A stretch of 57,044 nt of DNA from Blastocatellia bacterium (lineage in GTDB: Bacteria > Acidobacteriota > Blastocatellia > UBA7656): positions 1 to 57,044 of the forward strand of contig DATLWF010000598.1 of NCBI GenBank assembly GCA_035576605.1, read 5' to 3'. How positions within the stretch are numbered: position 1 is the stretch's first letter; every line of letters starts with the position of its first letter. Both the position numbers and the translations under genes were made by a program. Shown piece by piece: positions 1-7,881 of this stretch. The notes under the pieces are model-generated. The model saw only the letters and a list, made by a program, of their open reading frames with translations, was not told the origin of the DNA and did not search any database.

Positions 1-2
1 AA

Positions 3-434
3 GCGCGGCCAGCCAGCGAGTTCGAACTCGTCATTCCCATCGAAGACGACGCCGAGCTGATCGCCGCGCGCACGGCCGAACAGATAGCGCGCGCCGCCGA
101 CTTCGATCAGGAAGCGATCAATCAGATCAAGACCGCCCTGATCGAGGCGTGTCTCAACGCGGCCGAGCACGGCGACAGTCCTGACAGAAAAATCCATCAG
201 CGCTTCGCAATCGACGAAGATAAGCTTATAATCACCGTCTCGAACAAAGGTAAAACGTTTGGCAGGGCGAATGGACAGGCGACCCCCGCGCTCGGCGCCC
301 AGCCAGTGAAAGGGGCGCGCGGCCGCGGATTGCAAATAATCCGCGCCCTGATGGATGAAGTGGAGTTCGAACGCACTGACGACGGCGCGCGCCTCGTAAT
401 GACCAAATACCTCAAACGCCCCGGCAGTCAATAG
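3..434 (+). CDS. anti-sigma regulatory factor / serine-protein kinase, RsbW/SpoIIAB-like GHKL ATPase (5' end cut by window edge)
   Basis: Frame 3 is open from the window edge to TAG at 432-434. It is absent from the ORF track because it has no start in the window. The translation ...IKTALIEACLNAAEHGDSPDRK...IITVSNKGKTF...KGARGRGLQIIRALMDEVEFERTDDGARLVMTKYL shows an N-box (E..NA.EH) and a G-box (GRGL). A STAS gene follows. Confidence 0.75.
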   Translation, partial: ARPASEFELVIPIEDDAELIAARTAEQIARAADFDQEAINQIKTALIEACLNAAEHGDSPDRKIHQRFAIDEDKLIITVSNKGKTFGRANGQATPALGAQPVKGARGRGLQIIRALMDEVEFERTDDGARLVMTKYLKRPGSQ

Positions 435-525
435 CAGGAACATCACGGAATGGCAGCGAGCAAGTAACCGGCCGCATATGCGCCGGCGCCCGGCTATTCG
501 TCTGCTGTCTTTTGGAGGAGACGCT

Positions 526-894
526 ATGAGTGCTTCTGAGATCAGAGCCAGGCTAATCGAAGACGCCGCAGTGATCTACCCGGGGCTTTACCTCAATCAG
601 TTTCGCGCAGAGAGCATAGAGAGCCAGTGTAAGGCGTTTCTCGCCGCTGGTGTACGGCGCATCGTGATTAATTTCGAGGAGACCGAGCTGATCAACAGCA
701 TCGGCATCTCAATACTCCTCGGAGTGATCGATTCGGTTAACGGTGCGCAAGGCACATTGGTGCTCTCGAATCTGAATGCTTCGAATCGCGAGTTGTTTGA
801 GATGCTGGGTTTAATGTCACACGTCGAGATGGTGGACACCGAAGAGATTGCGCTTCTGAAGCTGAATGGCGACCCTTTGCAAGCGACGACCTGA
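526..894 (+). CDS. STAS-domain anti-sigma-factor antagonist (RsbV/SpoIIAA-like)
   Basis: This is track ORF 478..894. ATG 526 is preceded by GGAGGAG. The product is about 120 aa with ...RRIVINFEETELINSIGISILLGV...LVLSNLNASNRELFEMLGL, a typical STAS layout with a phosphorylatable Ser in INSIG. Confidence 0.8.
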   Translation: MSASEIRARLIEDAAVIYPGLYLNQFRAESIESQCKAFLAAGVRRIVINFEETELINSIGISILLGVIDSVNGAQGTLVLSNLNASNRELFEMLGLMSHVEMVDTEEIALLKLNGDPLQATT

Positions 895-897
895 CTA

Positions 898-939
898 TTT
901 TTCATTTTCTATTTTCCATTCATCATTTCTTATTTTGCG
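898..939. repeat. degenerate T-rich heptanucleotide tandem array (6 units, TTTTCNA-like)
   Basis: The units are tttttca ttttcta ttttcca ttcatca tttctta ttttgcg, starting 4 nt after the STAS stop codon. Confidence 0.6.
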
Positions 940-991
940 GCTCTCGCGAAACGTCTTTGAGTCTCGTGAAGTGTTTGCGCAAAACTGGTGG

Positions 992-1247
992 CCTGTAACA
1001 TTGAAATCGATAGCGTCACGGGACCAGGCCAACGTCTCGTGGAGGTTGATCTGATTGGTCTTCCTCTCATTAACACCCCTCTTCGGAGGGTGATTTGCGG
1101 AGCGCGGATCTCCGAACTGTTTCAACAGTTTCACGCCCTCCACAAGGCGGCAAAACCGTTAAAACGGTTGGACCGAGCGGTGACTCGCCGACACCCAACT
1201 GAAGTTGGGTGTTAATGAAAGACCGCTATCGAATTGAATGTTACCGG
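992..1247. repeat. nested palindromic intergenic element (MITE/REP-like) with ATTAACACC-terminated hairpins
   Basis: The outer inverted repeat is CCTGTAACATTGAAATCGATAGCG (992-1015) / CGCTATCGAATTGAATGTTACCGG (1224-1247), 21 of 24 complementary. Inside it are ATTAACACCCCTCTTCGGAGGGTG (1069-1092), AACCGTTAAAACGGTT (1154-1169) and CACCCAACTGAAGTTGGGTGTTAAT (1192-1216). Confidence 0.6.
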
Positions 1248-1290
1248 TCACTAGATCTTCGCAACGCGGTCAACTGTGAAACGGTTTCAG

Positions 1291-1334
1291 AAAAAAATCA
1301 GCCGCAGGCGGAAGGAGAATTTGACCTGCGGCTG
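1291..1334 (-). terminator. rho-independent terminator of the hsp20 gene
   Basis: On the minus strand a 10-bp stem, CAGCCGCAGG (1325-1334 rc) / CCTGCGGCTG (1299-1308 rc), is followed by ATTTTTTT (plus-strand A-run 1291-1297). It lies about 50 nt after the hsp20 stop. Confidence 0.75.
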
Positions 1335-1383
1335 AAAACGGCGATCACCGTTAAGCATAATGACAGGAGGGCTCGCCTATGAA

Positions 1384-1845
1384 CTATTTGACGGTTACTT
1401 CGATCTGCTTCGGTTTGGCTTCCTCGCGCTTTGGCAAGGTGACCCTCAACAGGCCGTCCTTGAACTCCGCAAGGATCTTGGTCGCGTCGATGAAGGTCGG
1501 CAGGGTGAAGCTCCTCAGGAACTCCCCATAGGTGCGTTCCACACGATGGAAGTTCTCTCGCTTGACCTCCTCTTCAAACTTTCGCTCGCCGCGTATCGTC
1601 AGCACATTGTTCTCGATGCTGACGAAAACCTCTTCCTTCTTGAGACCCGGAAGCTCGGCTTTTACAACAATCTCCTTAGGGGTCTCATAGATGTCGCAGG
1701 CCGGGACCCACGTCGTGAGCGGGAAGGTCTCCTCTGCAAACGGCTCGAAAAGACGATTCAACCTGGTCTGGAGCAGGCTGAACGGATCCACGGTCGTAAG
1801 ATTACGGAAGCTCCTCAACGGAGCCATCGCTGTTCCGGGTTGCAT
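1384..1845 (-). CDS. Hsp20/alpha-crystallin family small heat-shock protein
   Basis: This is track ORF 1384..1851. It has an alpha-crystallin core ([44 protein letters not shown]...[10 protein letters not shown]...[14 protein letters not shown]). AAGGAGG abuts the first ATG, so the second ATG (1845) has the better spacing. Confidence 0.93.
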   Translation of the reverse strand: MQPGTAMAPLRSFRNLTTVDPFSLLQTRLNRLFEPFAEETFPLTTWVPACDIYETPKEIVVKAELPGLKKEEVFVSIENNVLTIRGERKFEEEVKRENFHRVERTYGEFLRSFTLPTFIDATKILAEFKDGLLRVTLPKREEAKPKQIEVTVK

Positions 1846-2198
1846 GTTCATTCCTCCTTACTTTCAATCGCTGACGTGAACAAGAACTCGCCGCCCACCC
1901 GCGCCCATAAGGTAGGCTGGAGAGCAGCGGGCGGCTAGCATCATGTGACCGCAGCGCGGGCGGGACTGTTCGTCAGTCCCCGTCACAGCCCTGTCCCGCC
2001 CGCGACAACGCTCCTCCTCGAGGGCACACAGGTTGGCCCCAAAACAACGCCATCGAGGACTTCGTGAGTGAGAGAGTGTGGGTTATCACCAAGCCGGTTC
2101 GAGAATGCCGTCTCGGCCGGCAGACCCTCTCGATCAATGCACTGGCAGGTACATATCCTGCCGTCACGCATGCTACTGGTTTCAGAGGAAGAAAATCT

Positions 2199-2234
2199 AT
2201 GACCGCTGTCACACCTCGGAGTGACTGCTGTCAC
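2199..2234. promoter_or_regulatory. pair of 14-bp palindromes GTGAC-N4-GTCAC (operator-like), about 22 bp centre to centre
   Basis: aTGACCGCTGTCAC lies at 2199-2212 and GTGACTGCTGTCAC at 2221-2234, just downstream of the Spy/CpxP-like gene. A third perfect copy lies at 2870-2883. Confidence 0.3.
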
Positions 2235-2251
2235 TCGCCGCCATAGCCCGG

Positions 2252-2683
2252 TCAGTTCGAGCCGTAAGCTCGGAGTCTACGGGCGTTTCGGCGCTCTTTC
2301 AGTTGTTCGAGCTTCTGCTGTTGTTCAGGCGTGAGCAGCGCTGCGATATCGCTTCGTAAGTTCACGTTGAGCGCTCGTAGTTGTTTGTTGAGGCCGCGCC
2401 TGGCAATCACAAGTTGGCCAACAGCGTTCGGATTTGGCTCGGGCGTCTCAAGCGCTTTTTGCAGCTCTTGATTCCGGGCGCGCATATCTTGCCTGAGCGG
2501 GAAGGCAGCCTGGCGATGCTTCTTGACCAGCGCGCTAACCCTGGTGACTTGTGTGTCGGTCAACGCCAAAGCACGCTTCAACCTCGCCAATTGTCCCCCG
2601 TGTCCCTGTGCCGCGGCGACGCTGCCGCAAACAACGAGCAAGCAACTCATCAGAACCAACGAAGAGATCCTCTTGATGAACAT
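2252..2683 (-). CDS. Spy/CpxP-family periplasmic chaperone / metal-stress protein (LTxxQ repeats)
   Basis: This is track ORF 2252..2701, with start taken at ATG 2683. It has a signal peptide (MFIKRISSLVLMSCLLVVCGSVAAAQ) and two LTxxQ motifs (LTDTQ, LTPEQQQKLEQL) in a helical basic protein. Confidence 0.75.
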   Translation of the reverse strand: MFIKRISSLVLMSCLLVVCGSVAAAQGHGGQLARLKRALALTDTQVTRVSALVKKHRQAAFPLRQDMRARNQELQKALETPEPNPNAVGQLVIARRGLNKQLRALNVNLRSDIAALLTPEQQQKLEQLKERRNARRLRAYGSN

Positions 2684-2750
2684 ATGATTTCGTCCTTTCA
2701 AATCTTAATATCAAGAAAGTTCGTACACCGGCCATCAGTACCTTAATTCG

Positions 2751-2789
2751 TCCGTAGTCCGTAGCTTGAATACAGCCACGGACTACGGA
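2751..2789. repeat. hairpin whose arms are tandem heptamers (CCGTAGT x2 / ACTACGG x2); degenerate member of the ...ACTACGAACTC palindrome family
   Basis: TCCGTAGTCCGT (2751-2762) pairs with ACGGACTACGGA (2778-2789). The flank ACTACGAACTC (2789-2799) is identical to the right ends of the palindromes at 35939-36032 and 47292-47471. Confidence 0.5.
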
Positions 2790-2869
2790 CTACGAACTCC
2801 TTGCTCGGTCATAAAGACAAGCGCGCGATGCCGTAAGTCTGAAAAGTTTACCGGCTTCACCGCGGTGAG

Positions 2870-2883
2870 GTGACCGCCGTCAC
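2870..2883. promoter_or_regulatory. third copy of the GTGAC-N4-GTCAC palindrome
   Basis: GTGACCGCCGTCAC lies in the divergent region between the Spy/CpxP-like gene (start 2683, minus) and the malic enzyme gene (3108, plus). Confidence 0.3.
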
Positions 2884-3107
2884 ATCGAGATGTGATGGCC
2901 GCGCTAGAGAACGTTTCTCAGTTAGGGGAGAATCGGTAATGGCCGCGAGCGCACCGAGAGGTCTTGATCCCTGCAATAATTCGAGCGGTGCGAATGGAGC
3001 CTTGGCGCTTGCGGCCGCTTATCGCTCGGAGTCCCTCCAAACGATCGAGCCCCGAGTTTCGCTGTTTGACGCTCCGTGTTATTGTCAGCCTGAAGGGAGG
3101 CGAGTAG

Positions 3108-4817
3108 ATGACTTCAATGAAGGCTGCGGATGCTCAAGAAGAAACAATCGAGATTTCACTCAGCGGAAAGTCTCTGCTTGAGAATCCGCTGCTCAACAAA
3201 GGGAGCGCGTTTTCGGAAGAGGAACGCCGCGAGTTCGGGTTGCTTGGGCTTGTGCCCCCACACGTTGCCACAATCGAAGAACAGCTCGCGCGTACGTACG
3301 GAAGCTACAAGCAAAAGAGCGCGGATCTTGAACGCTACATCTATCTGGTGAGCCTGCAGGACCGTAACGAGACGCTGTTCTACAGATTGCTGCACGAGCA
3401 CATCACTGAGATGATGCCGGTAATCTACACGCCGGTAGTGGGCGAGGGCTGCAAGCAGTACAGCCGGATATGGCGCCGGCCTCGTGGGCTTTACATTCCG
3501 TACACTCAACGGAACGATATTGGCGCCGTCCTCGCCAACGCTCCAACCAAAGAAGTCGACGTGATAGTAGTCACCGATGGAGAGCGCATATTGGGGCTTG
3601 GCGATCTGGGCGTCGGCGGCATGGGCATTCCCATCGGCAAGCTCTCGCTGTACACGTTGTGCGCAGGGGTGCCACCGGCGAGGACTCTTCCGATCATTCT
3701 GGACGTTGGAACTGACAACGAGGAGCTATTGGGCGACCCCCTGTACCTCGGGTGGCGGCACGAACGCGTTCGAGGTCAGGAGTACGATGACTTCATCGAA
3801 GCTTTTGTTCAGGCTGTGATCGAAGAGTTTCCCAATGTGTTATTGCAGTGGGAAGACTTTTCGAAGAACAACGCTACGCGACTGCTGGAGCGGTATCGCG
3901 ATCGGCTTTGCACGTTCAACGACGACATCCAGGGAACGGGGGCGGTGACGCTTGCCGGTTTCCTTGCGGCTATGGATGTGATCGGGTCAAAGATCAGCAG
4001 GCAGCAAATCGTGATGCTCGGGGCCGGCTCGTCGGCCACCGGAATAAGCGATCAGATCGTGTCCGCAATGATGAGCGAAGGACTCAACCAGCGAGAAGCA
4101 CGGTCGGCGATCTGGTTAGTCGACAGCCACGGACTCGTTCACACCGGTAGACGAGGTCTCGAGCCATTCAAGCAGAAGTATGCTCAGGACACGGCGCGCG
4201 TGAGCGACTGGCAATCAGCAAACGTCGATCGTATCACTCTCCTGGATGTGATCAGGAATGTGAAGCCGTCGATTCTGATCGGCACGTCGGCTCAGCCGGG
4301 CGCATTCACTGAGGAGTTGATTCGCGAGATGGCAAAGCACGTCGAGCGGCCGGTGATCTTCCCGCTGTCAAACCCGACGTCGAAGAGTGAAGCCGTGCCG
4401 GAGGATCTGATCAACTGGACGGATGGCCGAGCGCTCGTGGCAACCGGCAGTCCATTCCCATCGGTGGTGTTTCAGAATCGGACGATCGACATCGGCCAGT
4501 GCAACAATGCGTTTGTGTTTCCGGGTGTCGGGTTGGGGGTGATTGCCTCAGGCGCTCGGCGGGTGACTAACGAGATGTTCGTCGCGGCCGCGCGAGCCCT
4601 TGCTGAGTTTTCGCCGGCGTTGCACGATCCCGCGGCATCGCTTTACCCGGCGCTTGAGGGCGTTCGCACGATGTCACGTCGCGTCGCGTCGGCTGTTGCC
4701 GGCGAGGCGTTGCGCTCAGGACTCGCCAACGCAGCTTCCATTGAGGAACTTGAGCGGCAAATCGACGCGAAGGTGTGGTTACCGTGTTACGCGCGTTACG
4801 TGCGCGCGGGATTGTGA
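3108..4817 (+). CDS. maeA: NAD(P)-dependent malic enzyme (oxaloacetate-decarboxylating malate dehydrogenase)
   Basis: The 569-aa ORF has the full malic-enzyme pattern: [79 protein letters not shown]. Confidence 0.95.
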   Translation: MTSMKAADAQEETIEISLSGKSLLENPLLNKGSAFSEEERREFGLLGLVPPHVATIEEQLARTYGSYKQKSADLERYIYLVSLQDRNETLFYRLLHEHITEMMPVIYTPVVGEGCKQYSRIWRRPRGLYIPYTQRNDIGAVLANAPTKEVDVIVVTDGERILGLGDLGVGGMGIPIGKLSLYTLCAGVPPARTLPIILDVGTDNEELLGDPLYLGWRHERVRGQEYDDFIEAFVQAVIEEFPNVLLQWEDFSKNNATRLLERYRDRLCTFNDDIQGTGAVTLAGFLAAMDVIGSKISRQQIVMLGAGSSATGISDQIVSAMMSEGLNQREARSAIWLVDSHGLVHTGRRGLEPFKQKYAQDTARVSDWQSANVDRITLLDVIRNVKPSILIGTSAQPGAFTEELIREMAKHVERPVIFPLSNPTSKSEAVPEDLINWTDGRALVATGSPFPSVVFQNRTIDIGQCNNAFVFPGVGLGVIASGARRVTNEMFVAAARALAEFSPALHDPAASLYPALEGVRTMSRRVASAVAGEALRSGLANAASIEELERQIDAKVWLPCYARYVRAGL

Positions 4818-4924
4818 GCCTGGAGATGTTGTTTGAAGTAAGCCCAACTTCAATAATGGACCATGGATGAAACGGATTTGAGGGAGTTGCACGGATTTCT
4901 TGTCCATTTTATCAAGGAGGAAGT

Positions 4925-6244
4925 ATGAGTGCGGATACGCTTACAGTTACAGACAATCGAACTGGAAAGCAGTACGAGATTCCCATCGAGAATGGGGTGA
5001 TCCGGTCGATGGACCTGCGTAAGATAAAGGTCTCAGACGATGACTTCGGGCTGATGAGCTACGATCCGGCGTTTATGAATACCGCTTCGTGTAAGAGCAA
5101 CATCACGTTCATCGACGGCGACAAAGGCATCCTGCGCTATCGGGGATATCCGATCGAGCAACTCGCAGAGGGCAGCACCTACCTTGAAGTTGCCTATCTG
5201 CTTCTGCATGGAGAGCTGCCGACGCCGGGTCAGTTGAAGGAATGGTCCTGGAACATCACTCACCACACGTTCATTCACGAGCAGATCAAGAAAGCCATGG
5301 ATGCGTTCCACTACGACGCGCATCCGATGGGGATGCTGATCGGCACGGTTGGAGCGCTGTCGACGTTCTACAAGGATGCCAAGGACATCTTCAACCCTGA
5401 ATCGCGCCGCCATCAGATACACCGGCTGATAGCCAAGATGCCGACGCTGGCCGCGTTTGCCTATCGACACAGCGTGGGAATGCCCTACGACTATCCAGAC
5501 AATGATCTGAGCTATCCCGGCAACTTCCTGAACATGATGTTCAAGATGACCGAGGTGAAGTACAAACCGAATCGCGTTCTGGAGCACGCGCTCGACGTGC
5601 TGTTCATCCTGCACGCCGACCACGAGCAGAATTGCGGTACGAACGCGATGCGCAGCATCGGCAGCTCGCACGTCGATCCGTACTCGGCTGTGGCTGGCGC
5701 GGCGGCCGCGCTGTACGGGCCACTGCACGGCGGCGCGAACGAGGCCGTGCTTCGAATGTTGAACGAGATTGGCTCGAAGGACCACGTGCCGGCATACATC
5801 AAGCGCGTGAAGGACGGCGAGGGCAGGCTGATGGGTTTTGGGCACAGGGTCTACAAGAACTACGACCCGCGCGCGCGAATAATCAAACAGGTCGCGGAGG
5901 AGGTGTTCGAGGTTACCGGCAAGAACCCGATCCTCGACATAGCGCTCGAGCTGGAACGCATTGCGCTCGAAGATGAATACTTCGTGAGCAGAAAGCTGTA
6001 TCCGAACGTCGACTTCTACTCCGGTATCATCTACCAGGCGATGAGCCTGCCGGTAGAAATGTTCCCGGTGTTGTTCGCCATTCCGCGCACGTCGGGTTGG
6101 CTGGCGCAGTGGGAAGAGATGCTCCTGGACAAGGAGCAGAAGATCGCGCGGCCAAGACAGGTTTATCTGGGCTACGGCGAGCGCGACTACATTCCGATCG
6201 AGAAGCGAAAAGAGGAAGACACCAAAGTGGCAACGGCGGACTGA
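4925..6244 (+). CDS. gltA: citrate synthase (type II)
   Basis: The 439-aa ORF has an AAGGAGGAAG RBS. Signatures are ILRYRGYPIEQL, HADHEQNCGTNAMR, GPLHGGANE and GFGHRVYKNYDPRA. Confidence 0.96.
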   Translation: MSADTLTVTDNRTGKQYEIPIENGVIRSMDLRKIKVSDDDFGLMSYDPAFMNTASCKSNITFIDGDKGILRYRGYPIEQLAEGSTYLEVAYLLLHGELPTPGQLKEWSWNITHHTFIHEQIKKAMDAFHYDAHPMGMLIGTVGALSTFYKDAKDIFNPESRRHQIHRLIAKMPTLAAFAYRHSVGMPYDYPDNDLSYPGNFLNMMFKMTEVKYKPNRVLEHALDVLFILHADHEQNCGTNAMRSIGSSHVDPYSAVAGAAAALYGPLHGGANEAVLRMLNEIGSKDHVPAYIKRVKDGEGRLMGFGHRVYKNYDPRARIIKQVAEEVFEVTGKNPILDIALELERIALEDEYFVSRKLYPNVDFYSGIIYQAMSLPVEMFPVLFAIPRTSGWLAQWEEMLLDKEQKIARPRQVYLGYGERDYIPIEKRKEEDTKVATAD

Positions 6245-6358
6245 GCAGGCAGTCTGTGCGAAGCCTCATTCTGTAGTTGCGTCGCGTTTGTCTCCGGATT
6301 GCAGGGCGGGCTGGAGGTTCTGCTCCGAATAATCTGTTGTAGCTAAAGGAGGGGGCAG

Positions 6359-6781
6359 ATGAAAAGGAAGGTAATCGCAATCGGAACGCTCGTGTTTTCG
6401 CTTGTGCTGGTACTGGGCTCGGTCATTTCGGCTCAGAACAGGACGTCCGGTGCACCATCACCGTATGTTGAGAAAGGCCACAGACTATTCAAACAGTACT
6501 GCGCGACCTGCCACGGCATAACCGCAAAAGGCGAAGGTCCGGTCGCCGCCGCGCTGAAAGTGGGCCCGCCAGACCTGACCGCGCTCCAAAAGCCGGGTGA
6601 GAAGTTCCCGTTCAATCGCGTCGAGACTAAGATCGACGGCGAGAAAGACGTGACGGCTCACGGCACGAACAAGATGCCCGTCTGGGGGACCGTCTTCAAG
6701 CGCACCAGCGGCGAGCTTCAACGGCACGCCGACGTGTACGCGCTCGCGAAGTACATCGAGTCGATCCAGCGGTTGAAGTAG
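6359..6781 (+). CDS. secreted class-I c-type cytochrome
   Basis: It has an RBS AAGGAGGGGG, a signal peptide, a single haem motif CATCH (YCATCHGITAKGEGP) and a distal Met region (TNKMPVWG). Confidence 0.85.
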   Translation: MKRKVIAIGTLVFSLVLVLGSVISAQNRTSGAPSPYVEKGHRLFKQYCATCHGITAKGEGPVAAALKVGPPDLTALQKPGEKFPFNRVETKIDGEKDVTAHGTNKMPVWGTVFKRTSGELQRHADVYALAKYIESIQRLK

Positions 6782-6902
6782 GTGCCTCGATAACCGATGT
6801 GGACCAAACTCGTCCGGTTTCCTGCTTGCGAGCGCTTCTGGAGCGGCGGCGGGGCGGTGCCGGTAAGACTCAGATAAACCACCTACTCCCGTGCTGTCAA
6901 AA

Positions 6903-6929
6903 GGCCGCCGCCCCGATCGGCGGCCTTTT
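6903..6929 (+). terminator. rho-independent terminator
   Basis: GGCCGCCG (6903-6910) pairs with CGGCGGCC (6918-6925) around a 7-nt loop, followed by TTTT (6926-6929). An A-run lies upstream, so it may act in both directions. Confidence 0.7.
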
Positions 6930-7037
6930 GGTAGATTTCCCTAACCGCCATCACCGTGGCCACGCTGATCAATTAGCGTTGCCGATAGATCAAGCGATCC
7001 GCCAACCGACGTGACATTGAATAGGATACGCCCGCAC

Positions 7038-7107
7038 GGGCGAAGCCATTTGTGTCAACGGGCGAAACCATTTGTTGCCAAACCAGTTGACAAACCAGTT
7101 GTTGACA
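7038..7107 (+). promoter_or_regulatory. two sets of tandem direct repeats upstream of the Cus-like locus (possible response-regulator boxes)
   Basis: GGGCGAAGCCATTTGTGTCAAC (7038-7059) is followed directly by GGGCGAAACCATTTGTTGCCAA (7060-7081). Then come ACCAGTTGACAA (7082-7093) and ACCAGTTGTTGACA (7094-7107). The last repeat overlaps the -35 box. Confidence 0.4.
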
Positions 7108-7130
7108 CTGCGCATCACCGTTGTTAAATT
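7102..7130 (+). promoter_or_regulatory. sigma-70-type promoter (TTGACA - 17 nt - TAAATT)
   Basis: TTGACA lies at 7102-7107, the spacer is 17 nt and TAAATT lies at 7125-7130. This is about 30 nt upstream of the TTG start at 7161. Confidence 0.5.
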
Positions 7131-7160
7131 GAAGTCTCTAATACGACGGAGAGAGCACTG

Positions 7161-7532
7161 TTGATCAAGCTTGACAAGCTCAAGAGGAGTCAAAGGTCGC
7201 GAGTTACCTCGATCGCGATGCTCTGCCTCTTAGCTCACGCGTTTTTCGTCAGCGTCACCCATCATCACAACTCGCCGCAGAATCTCTCGTCGAAGTTGAC
7301 TGCGAGCCTGACGACGAGCGGCAACGACGGTTCGGGCGCCACGCCGGGATCTGCCGGCGACGCTCACTGTCTCTCGTGCCGTCTCCAACGGAATTTTGCT
7401 TCAAACGTTCATCCAGCTTCCGTAGTCGTTCAACCGCTTCAGGAACCATTGAGCCGCGAAACCACTTTGTCTGAGCCGCGCTCGCTAGGCTCGAGCTTCA
7501 TTTTCTCCAACCGTGCGCCGCCAAACGCTTGA
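7161..7532 (+). CDS. small membrane-anchored His/Cys protein (paralogue 1; DUF2946-like architecture)
   Basis: The 123-aa ORF has a basic N-terminus, one TM helix (IAMLCLLAHAFFVSV), THHH, a Ser/Gly-rich linker, HCLSCRL and a C-terminal NRAPP. It is a paralogue of ORF 13816..14187 with the same length and motif order. The start (TTG 7161 or ATG 7218) is uncertain. Confidence 0.65.
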   Translation: MIKLDKLKRSQRSRVTSIAMLCLLAHAFFVSVTHHHNSPQNLSSKLTASLTTSGNDGSGATPGSAGDAHCLSCRLQRNFASNVHPASVVVQPLQEPLSRETTLSEPRSLGSSFIFSNRAPPNA

Positions 7533-7881
7533 AGATCAGGCGTAGCGGTCAGATCGCCTCCTTCTTAGACCTCCGGCAAGACTTTTTGCGAACCTTCTAT
7601 TGAGCCATTGAGTGGACGATGGCCCACGGGCAGCACTTGGCATGCTCGGCCAACCATACAGCTGAACGTTCGCAACGCCCCGACCGGGAGGACCGGATGA
7701 CGGGGGCCGCCGGTTATTGCGGGCGAATTCGATCGATTGAGCGATCTCAATTCCAGATGGACTGTCATTTGGGTGCAGACCTAAACATTTCAGGCCCGTC
7801 CACGTTTCAAGGCGACCGGCCTAAACTCATGCGCCGATGTTCGGCTGGATACCAAGAGTTCATCGGCAAAAGGGCGATTCT

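Noticed and set aside
1852-1916. A possible RNA thermometer for hsp20. CCUACCUUA (1908-1916 rc) could pair with the UAAGGAGG Shine-Dalgarno about 50 nt downstream.
   Set aside because: It is a single 8-9-nt complementarity with a bulge. I could find no ROSE or fourU hallmark. This is too weak to call without folding energetics or conservation.
2870-3181. A 103-aa plus-strand ORF starting MTAVTSRCDG. Related MTAVT... ORFs lie at 1973..2234 and 2064..2246.
   Set aside because: The shared MTAVT start is the translation of the GTGAC-N4-GTCAC palindrome. The ORFs overlap the malic-enzyme start or lie in repeat-rich intergenic DNA.
5033-5845. A 270-aa ORF antisense to citrate synthase. Similar long antisense ORFs lie at 10895..11647, 12011..12784, 20212..20943, 24225..25229, 29783..30484, 30844..31527 and 17340..17981.
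   Set aside because: Each lies entirely inside, and opposite to, a gene with unmistakable family signatures. The translations are Arg/Ala/Gly/Pro-rich and low in complexity, as expected for the reverse frame of GC-rich coding DNA. None has an RBS.
7533-7881. A metal (NiCo/czcD-type) riboswitch in the leader of the efflux genes.
   Set aside because: I could not recognise the conserved junction nucleotides from memory, and only imperfect hairpins are visible. This needs a covariance-model scan, so it is not claimed.
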